Source: Zygnema circumcarinatum SAG 698-1b (taxonomy: Eukaryota > Plantae > Zygnematophyceae). Taken from it: a stretch of DNA of 64,000 nucleotides. The notes under the pieces are model-generated. The model was not told where the DNA came from and did not search any database. It worked only from the letters and a program-made list of their open reading frames with translations. The translations under genes and the position numbers were made by a program. The stretch lies in the NCBI GenBank assembly GCA_037447605.1, contig CM074806.1:2666001-2730000 (forward strand), in the 5' to 3' direction. This document shows positions 52,592-61,174 of this stretch, piece after piece (the stretch's first letter is position 1; each line of letters opens with the position of its first letter).

Positions 52592-52691
52592 CAAGCTGAT
52601 CTTCATGAGTATTCAGAGGAAGACCTGGGACCTCAAGAAGAACAGGCGATCGGAAATCCAAGGACGGATTCAGACTCAGAGGAAGAAGCAA

Positions 52692-54710
52692 TCAAAAAGT
52701 TCTCCCGACAGGGGTGGCGACCGAGGAAGCCGTGCCGGAGGAGCTAGCGCCGTTGACATTAGGCAGGGGATGTGAATGCGGATCACTTTGGTTGACAGGG
52801 AGTCTGCGCAAGGCAGTTGCAATCTCGGCGATCCGGGCTTGAGCACCTTCTTCAGATGTGATGGGGGATTCGGACCAAGCCGGTTGCAAGGCTGCGGCAA
52901 TCTGGGCAGTGCGTGAGCGGGCATCAGGATCGGGCTCAGCACCCAATGCGTTTGTCAGGGAAGGGGAGTCCATGGGGTGCAGATGGATAGGCGGACGTTG
53001 CAGGATGGTATAAGCGGGTGAAGGAGGTGGAGGCGAGCGAAAGGGAGCCGGAGTTCTTGGTGGTGTGTGAGTAGCCGGGAGCATGTCCATGAAGGTGATC
53101 TCTGCAGGTGAGCTCCCTGCAGCTGCCTCTTTCCCCTTTCGGGCCTTCTCACTTGAGAGTCTCCGCATGCATACACGGGCATCATGTCCCGTGATCTGGC
53201 AGAAGGTGCAGGTCCATGGTCCACAACGCAGCCGCGGATTGTGATTCAGGCCGCAGGCAAGGCAAACGCCCTCTGGAACCCCTGCCTCTGTCATCCGACG
53301 GCGCAGATCGGCCCTGGCAGCTTCTCTCTCTTCGGGTGTGCGATCGGAATAAGGACCCCGATATCCTGGACGAGAAACGTCTGGGATGTGAGGATTCACC
53401 GCCGGCTCAATGGGATGCGCCGGATCATGAGGGTATGGGGAAAGGGGAAGGGGCTTGGTCGCGCTGGCTATAGCCAGAGGCTGCACCACAGGGACTGCTC
53501 GGACGTCCTGAGCAGGGATGCCGGAGAAAGACGGCTTGTTCCTAGAAGATGTAGTGTAGGGATCATACAACTGCTGATTCTGTGTCTTCAGGAACTGCTG
53601 GTAGAGTCGATCTTGTCGTGGATCTGTTGCATTCATGTAATGTGTTCGTACATGGCGGTTGCCTCTCTCTCGATCCTTCTGAATTCGCTCTGCCCTTTCT
53701 AACAAGGCCTGGGCATCTGCTTGTGGGTTGTCGCGCAGCTCACGATCCAGGTGGAGATCCTTCTCGCTGATAGCCTTGCGGAACCACTGGTGAACTTCGG
53801 AAAAGTCAGGCAAGTTCTCGATCGTATTTGCCATGCGCACAAAACGCTCAGTGAATTCAAACAGCCGCTCATCACTGTAGCATTCTATGTAGCGAAGTCG
53901 GTCTAGCACAGTGATCGGATCTGAAATCCAGCGTTGTCTGAAAGCTTGCTTGAATGTGTCCCTTGTCAGGGTGCCGACGACATCCGCTTTGTGCCAGTTT
54001 CGGGACAGCTTCCAATTGACTGCCTCTCCTTCCAGCGCTCCAAGGGCCAGCTTGATCCACTGGTCCTCCTTCAGGTTTGCTTGTGCTGCCTTCTCCTCAA
54101 GGTGTCTCAGCCATGCTTCTGCATCTTCCTGCTTGCCGGTGAAGCCTCTTGTGATGATGCCCGTGGTATCCCTCACCTCACTCTTTTCAGGAATCATGGC
54201 TATCAGTTTTGTCATCATCTCTTCCATCTTGCTGGGAAACTCAGATCTGACACGTGTGCTTCTCTGCAGGTTGGTGCGAAAGCTGGAGGGTCCTTGCGAT
54301 CGTCCTGCCCTTGCCCCTGAAGCCGCTCGCCTGGGGCTGCCGGATGGGTAAGTTGTGAACGCCGGAGGTGAGGGTGTCTTCTGAGGAATCCCTTGCTCTG
54401 CTGTAGGACTGCGTGCCGCTGCTGTGCTTGAAGGGACTCCTGGTGCAGTAGTTATCCGACTGAGATCCCGTGGGTTGTGTCCCTGGTGGGCCGCGGGGGG
54501 GACCTCAGGTTCGAACGGCACTCCTCTCTTCACGGCATCTGCGGCCGTGACAGCGACTGGGCAGGCTGCAAGCTTGATCATCCTGCGTGCATATCGCCAG
54601 CGAAGTTTATGGCCATCACTGCCTAGATGGAGTCGCTGCAGCTCTTCAATCGACTCGATCTGCTCAAGGTAAGCCAAACTGGGATAAGGGTTCTCTTCGG
54701 TGATGCCCAT
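52692..54710 (-). CDS. gag: Ty3/Gypsy Gag (capsid plus two zinc knuckles), 672 aa, uninterrupted, antisense to pol
   Basis: Capsid-like FTGKQEDAEAWLRHLE...WIKLALGALEGEAVNW...TFKQAFRQRW. Knuckles CLACGLNHNPRLRC (CX2CX3HX5C) and CTFCQITGHDARVC (CX2CX4HX4C). Frame open from ~54787. Confidence 0.9.
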   Translation of the reverse strand: MGITEENPYPSLAYLEQIESIEELQRLHLGSDGHKLRWRYARRMIKLAACPVAVTAADAVKRGVPFEPEVPPAAHQGHNPRDLSRITTAPGVPSSTAAARSPTAEQGIPQKTPSPPAFTTYPSGSPRRAASGARAGRSQGPSSFRTNLQRSTRVRSEFPSKMEEMMTKLIAMIPEKSEVRDTTGIITRGFTGKQEDAEAWLRHLEEKAAQANLKEDQWIKLALGALEGEAVNWKLSRNWHKADVVGTLTRDTFKQAFRQRWISDPITVLDRLRYIECYSDERLFEFTERFVRMANTIENLPDFSEVHQWFRKAISEKDLHLDRELRDNPQADAQALLERAERIQKDRERGNRHVRTHYMNATDPRQDRLYQQFLKTQNQQLYDPYTTSSRNKPSFSGIPAQDVRAVPVVQPLAIASATKPLPLSPYPHDPAHPIEPAVNPHIPDVSRPGYRGPYSDRTPEEREAARADLRRRMTEAGVPEGVCLACGLNHNPRLRCGPWTCTFCQITGHDARVCMRRLSSEKARKGKEAAAGSSPAEITFMDMLPATHTPPRTPAPFRSPPPPSPAYTILQRPPIHLHPMDSPSLTNALGAEPDPDARSRTAQIAAALQPAWSESPITSEEGAQARIAEIATALRRLPVNQSDPHSHPLPNVNGASSSGTASSVATPVGRTF

Positions 54711-55229
54711 CTTCAGTCTCTTCAGTCCTCCCTCCTTCCACGGGTCATCCCTTGGGATCCATGCCTGAGGAGGAAACTGACGATCTCAATGAGGATGAGC
54801 CGACAGCGGCGCAGCCAGAGCCGACAGCACCGGCGACAGAAGACATGCATGTCAACCCGCCCCATCGCCCTCGGGCAGCCCGTTTCTACCCCCAAGCAGC
54901 CGATCGTCGACCACCCCCCCCGACGGACGGCCTATCACGATTGAGCATGGTTCGCCGACTCATAGAGAACAAGGCTAAGATGCGGCATTACCTTGTCACG
55001 ATTGTCTTATTTGGGTACTGCAGTCTTTGCGGCCGTGGATTCATAGCTGGCGACAATGCGAGCCACCCTGCTGACCTCACCGTTCTATGGCACCTCTCGG
55101 ACATCCTAAGCCACGGATATCCACCACATGGCCACGGCGCCTCTTCCAGACCCAGTTCGCTCTCCCCACCACCCTCCTCGCCAGATTCATGTCCTCCCTT
55201 TGATCCCAACACCCAACGTGCGAATCATT

Positions 55230-58200
55230 GTCAATGTATAGCTAAACGGTCATCCAAGCAAAGCCATGATCGACACAGGAGCTATGCGCACAGTTCTGTC
55301 CAAGCCAGTGATGAAGGCTGCAGGGGTTAAGTTGGACAAGACGCTCGAGCCCATTCCCCGATATGTGGGGGTTGAGGGGAGCCTACATGAAGAAAGTTGG
55401 GCCGATTACCCAGCCGTCGCTCGGCCTTGGCGAGATAGAACCCGCGGTGAATCACGGTCATCCGCGGCTGTGAGCACTATTCTATCCTGTAGCGGGCTCC
55501 AGTTGGCTCATTGCGTGGGAGCTTCAGTATCGACTTTGCTAAGTGTCGGTACGCCTCTGGCTGGCGGGACGGTACTCCTTCCCATCATCCTCGAGTCCTT
55601 TGCCACCTCCGCCTTCCCCAAACGCCACGCCACGGCGCAGGTTTCCTACCCAGAGATCACCATGTACCATGCTGTCGGCAGCCCCCATTCTTCCTATGGA
55701 TCGGCCAATTCTGATACCGATGACGAGACTTCCCATCTTGCTCCCCCGAATCCAGCCCTCTGTGCGCCGACGGAGGAACTTTTGCAGCCCAGGAGATAGG
55801 CACCAGCTTCCGGCCCACCCGAGACCATCAGCGATGAAGAGTGGGTACGGAGATAGAAAAGGAGTCAAATGCGATTGTGGGGCCAGCGATGTTCCGGACC
55901 GATCAAGAAGCATTCTCAACTCGTAAGTGCTGCGCCAAAATCACCTAGTTTTAAGCCACGACATTCCGCTGCGACAGCCACGGCAAGACCCGCGATTGAG
56001 CACCGTCGTCACGGGGATGCACCTCCGTGATGACCATGACTCCCCACTGCAGCTTTCGCGCTCGGCCCGGGCCGATGTCGAGCAAACGGTCCCGGAAGTG
56101 AAGCGTGGCGGCCGGCCCGATGGAACCGGAGAAGGGCCTTAGGCGACCCGGCCCGTTACGCCCCAAAGCCAGGATAGCACCTCGCACAATGGAATTGCTC
56201 GGAAGCGGAATGCCATAGCAGTAGGATCCTTATCGTTCTGGGATGTGGACCTGATTCTCCAGCGTCTCCCGAGGCCAGATGGTTCGGCCTGAACATCGCG
56301 AGAGTCCTTACGGCGGTCCCTGCGGCCAGGCCCGACCGGCCGCAAGGCGGGCTTAAATGCGGCCACGCTTTGTGCGGTGGGCGGTGCTTCCTTTGGGCTC
56401 AAGAATTCCAGCCCGGACTCACGGCGCACGGCCAGCCAGGTATTCGGCCTGGCCAGCGCTAACTTTCCTGCTGAGCCTTCGTGGATGATGCTTCCCTCCG
56501 CAGCCAGGGGCCGTCCTCCACCGCGACATTGACCAAGTACTTATTTGACTAAATTGATGCTGGCGTTTGAAGGTGCACGCAGGGTGCAAAATGGGGCCAT
56601 CGAGGAGATCACTCATCTCGGGCACCGCCTCGGCATCAATGGCCTGAAACCATCACTCGACAAGATTGAAGCGATTGACCTTATGCCGATTCCACAGAAC
56701 CTCACTCAGCTCAAGTCTTTCTTGGGACTCACCTCATTACATCGCGGTTCATCGAGAACATTCCTTATCGGCGCCCCACTGCATGCCTTGGAAGCCGCGA
56801 GGTCCGCTTCTGAGATGATGGAGCCGGTAGCGGGGATTTGTGAGGGCGCTCAAAAAGGTGCCCTCACGCCCCGGGGCTCCTTATGCGCATCAATTCGACC
56901 CCCACCACGCCCACCATCATTGGCCGGCCCGGAGTCGGGGGCAGACTTTGGAAGGTGGCGATCCAAGCCTTCTCGGATGGGGAACACCCGGTCAGTTATG
57001 CTAGCAGGGTTTGTTCGGAAACCGAGACCAAGTACCGCCCTACTGAGGGTGAGGCAGCGGCTATTCTCTGGGCACTGGAGAAGCTCAAGCTCTTTTACAG
57101 CCTACCAGCCCATTATCATTAAGACTGACCACATGCCACTCACTTGAGCGCACATCACATGGCTACCACTACGACCTAAGTTTGCCACGATGTTGATGAA
57201 GTTGGAGGTATAATGTGCTCAAGGTCACTCACCGTCCCGGCCGTAGTCACGGCAATGCTGACGGCCTCAGTCGCAATCCTTCGGCTCCCCTCCTCTGTCA
57301 CGATCCGGCCGTTCCTGAACCCATCCCTCCACCCACCCTCTTGAACCCTGAGCATCTTCCCATTGAGATTTTTATTGCCGATCAAGACTTGCATGATGTC
57401 ATATTCGCAGATGGGCTGATCGATATTCCGGCCACGGCCACCACCCTCCATTGCTGGCAAGACCCTGACTTCACCCACGGCCACCCTCATGCGGATCCTT
57501 GGGAACTCCTCATGGATGACGACGGCGAAGCTCCCTTTCTTCCTCCCCATTTCCCGGCGCAGTGGCGTCCCATTCCGGACTCACTTTCCCTTACTGCTCT
57601 CACGTCACTTGTGGCTGCGCCCGCACGGTACTTGCCCCACTTGCTCGGGGCCAGCGGCGGGCTGCGGCTGCTTCCTCCGCCCTTCGGCACTTCTTTGTTG
57701 ATGATGGCGGACAAAATCTTGTACCTCCCCTCACGGCCTTCTGTTCCTTTCCCCAATGAACGCATGGAGATTTTGGATGTCGCCCACGATTCCCAGCCCG
57801 GCGGATTCCACCTTGGCCAGAAGAAGATGGTCGCCATGCTGCAGGAGCGCTATTACTGGCCCGGACTCCATGGCGCAGTGAGCCGATACGTCGAAACCTG
57901 CACCCGTTGCCAACGCGGCAAGCGCTCTGCTCCCCCCGACCGCCAACCCCTAGAGATGGGTGAGATCCCGATCCGAGGCGTTGCCGAAGATTGGAACATC
58001 GACACCTTTTCTATCCCCCAGCTCGGCACCCCCTCTGGCTACATTCGGGTCTTCCTAGCCGTGGACAGATACACCAAGTGGGTGGAAGTTCACGCGACAG
58101 AATCTAAGCATTCAGTCCACTCTGCCCGCCTCCTGACGGCCATCATTCACCGTCACTCTCTCCCCTACTCTGTCCACTCTGACAATGGCACCGAATACAA

Positions 58201-58730
58201 GGGGGCGTTTGCCAAGCTCATGCAGGACTTCCGCATCATTCACCGCACCTCTAGCCCCTACTCCCCTGGCGAATGGGCTTGGAAGCGTCTCCTCTGAGAC
58301 GGTCAAGGCAGCGTGCGTTAGCGGCTACTTGTGAAGGCTGAGGCCGGGCTGGCGCGAGTCATCCTCCACAGTCTTCCGTGCAACACCTCAGTTCACTCCT
58401 CCAGCGGCTTCTCTCCCTACGAGGCTCCTCATGGCCGTAAGCCCCATTCCCTTGACCTCCTCTGTGAGCCCTGCTTCTCACGATAGCGCGCCTCCACCGG
58501 ATGGTGCAAGCCCAGCCGACTCGGCCTGCGCTTCCAAACCCTAGATTCCATGGCCTCCCACCACCTCGAGCAGCGCCTGAGGCGACAACTCACCCGACTT
58601 TGGGAGCCTTGAAGCTGTGGCTAACTCTCTCCCGCGCCAATCCCGGTCGGCGCGCGTCATTTCATTTGGCTCGGGGAATCTTACTGAAACCGATTTCAGC
58701 CAGACTTTTCGTGGTTGGGCCCCTTCATTA
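55230..58730 (+). pseudogene. pol: Frameshifted Gypsy pol (protease, RT, RNase H, integrase)
   Basis: Protease V*LNGHPSKAMIDTGAMRTV (stop just upstream). RT remnant FVDD at 56478-56489 and LGH...GLKPSLDKIEAI...LKSFLGL. RNase H GEHPVSYASR...EAAAILWALEK...IKTDH. Integrase HHCC (AHDSQPGGFHLG...CTRCQ) and core (WNIDTF, AVDRYTKW, HSDNGTEY). WLGPF at 58712-58726. Multiple frame changes. Confidence 0.88.
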
Positions 58731-60179
58731 ATGTCGGTCGTCCGGAGATCGAGGTTGGGCCATCATTTAGGAAGGCCACGACTCTAGATAAGAAAAACGC
58801 GGCTGGCGTTCGTGGATGCGACATTACGTGCCGCTTAGCGTCGGCCAGTTCCTCCCGCGATGAAATTTGTGTTTCGCGACCGACCCTTGTGATCTCCTCG
58901 TACCCTACCCGATGGCCCGGTAGTGTTAGTGTCTTTATAGTTAGACATTATGCGGGTTCACACTAACATTGTTGTGGTCTCGGTTGGGAAACATGAGATA
59001 CGCTAGTATTGATCTGGAAATACGGTCGGGCCAAATGTGGTAGCCCGTCTCGCTTTTGAGCGCCCGGAGAATGTCAGCGATATGTGAACGCTGTCGAACC
59101 CGCGCAGGCATCGCAGTCCTTGGACTCGCTTAGTCAACTACGGAGGAGACGAGTCGGCGTACCTGAACGGGTAACAGCCTTGAGAAATGCGGCTTAACCG
59201 AGGAGATTTCGTCGCCCAGGGCCAGCCTTGAATAGTAATATGCAGTGCCTTGTAGCAAACATCTTGTAGCCTTGTGACCTTGTCTGGGCGAAGCGGCGGA
59301 AGATGTCTGCCTTCGAGCAGACGACAATTGAATGGCCGAGCTATGCAGGCGGCTTGGCCAGAGTGGTCTTGGCGTAGGTTCGAAAGACGCAAAACTGGAT
59401 GTTGAAACGTACCCATTGCTGAAGCGCATAGAGGCCGCCGTGACGTGACATCCGGTCAACAAAGGAAGATGTCAATGCTGCGGCTATGTGATTATATAGG
59501 AGTTTAGCTTTGTTATGTAGGATACCCACATTAGCCTCTTGTAGTCAGTGACTTATTACGTACTGCACTTTCGTGTTCTTTAGAACATACACTTTATTAA
59601 TACTTAAGGTAGTGAGTAAGGGGAGAAGTAGCTAGTGAGAGGGGGAGAACTTCATGTGGGTGACATTCTTATTATAAAGGAGTTTTAGAGCTGTGAGCTT
59701 TCTCTATACTCTCTAGGTATTAATGATTTCACGTGCTTTCGTCTAGCGTTCATTACCATGAGTTATAGGTATGAGTGAAGTGAGATAGAGTGAGAGAGAG
59801 TGAAGATGTCTTCATCGGTGGGAACCGGAGTTCCAATGGAGGGCGACACGCGAGGTGGCGCCGGGAGCAGCGAGCAGATCCATGCTCCAACAATGACGAC
59901 TCCTCATTGGTCCATTTCTACTTCCCGCCACTTTTTGCCCCCTTCGCCACCATTTCGCCAGTATGCCGTATCTTTCGATTTTGAATTTGTCTTACTCCCT
60001 CCTCCACCTCCGGTCCTGCCGATACTCCCCATTGCCGAATGTACGCGGAAGCTTCTCCACACGGCCACCGACTCGCCTCCCGTCCACGTCATCCTTAGCT
60101 CCTCCCCTACCCTTTGTCTCTTCTTCCTTGCGCCCGCAGGGGCGTGCGCTTGTTTCCCCCCCCCGGCATGTGCTACAGA

Positions 60180-61174
60180 TGTAGCGTAACGGAGCTGCGT
60201 TCGACGGATCCGCGTCCGTTCAGTTGTACTTGACATATTCGCCAGCCGATTATCCGCGGACCCGGCATAATCCGGGGTTGCGGCCCGAAAATGCGAAGCG
60301 GCGCCATGTGTTGCTTGACTCCGCGACGCGGCACACCATCCAGCTAGGCGCACTCAGGCGCCGCCCAACATACACCGCCGATTGTCAGCGATTGACCTGC
60401 TCCGAAGGCCCCGCGTAGTCACTCGGGCCTCTCGGTGGGCAGTTATTATCGAGGGGTATCCTTTGCTAAGGCTCAAGATCACATTGTCGGTGTTAAGTAG
60501 ATGGGATGTCGAGTGATGCTTGATTGTCTTTTAGTGCTGGGCTTAGTATTTGTATTTGCTGTGTGGTTTGTTGTCTTGTTCTTCTCTTCTTCCTCTTCAG
60601 TTCCAGCAACAGATGCTAAGTGTGAGAGAGAGAGAGAGTTCCATGCCATAGATAGAGAGAAAGAGAGAGAAAAGAGTCTTCTTCTTGATAGCATTTAGGC
60701 GTCCCATTATTGACCGGACAAAGATTTCGGTGAGAAGATACTTTCATTGTAATGACAATCCCGACCAACCCAGGCTGGGGTGACTTTCAAAATACAACCT
60801 TTATCTAAGTTGAGTCTGTTTTCCCTTTCTTGGTCCTTATGCCAAAAGTACCATCTTGTTATCACGCCTTACATTCCTCCCGATGACCCAGTAACTAGAA
60901 GCCTAGCTAAGAGGCCCAGCCAAGGAGGGGCGGGAGAGAGCCCCAAGGAAGAGGGCTCTTTGCTCGAGTCCAGCCTTGGGTGGGGCGCATCTTGGGATCC
61001 CTACGTGCCCCATTGCAGCGTACCTCACGAATCTCCCGGATCACGACTATCTTTGTGACGGACCCACAGAGACCAACTGACCGCTTCATTGGTTTGGCCG
61101 CGGACGAGTGGCCGTCTGTTGCATGCACAAATAGCTCGGCGGTCTCCTCTTAACCCCACTTATCTTGTGCTACA
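60180..61174 (+). repeat. 3' LTR (~995 bp)
   Basis: Starts TGTAGCGTAACGGAGCTGCG and ends TTATCTTGTGCTACA. Contains the same (GA)n and CT-rich blocks as the 5' LTR. Confidence 0.88.

Larger units (their letters stand above)
51516..61174 (+). mobile_element. Ty3/Gypsy LTR retrotransposon (degenerate pol, antisense gag)
   Basis: Direct repeats start TGTAGCGTAACGG at 51516 and 60180 and end GCTACA at 52591 and 61174. Internal domain order on + is PR-RT-RH-INT (Gypsy order). No clean TSD (left AACGC, right GCGTG). Contains a 10-N gap. Confidence 0.88.

Noticed and set aside
59880-60100. Chromodomain after the integrase
   Set aside because: Only a vague LVHF-like word is present, without the aromatic-cage pattern in frame; too degraded to call.
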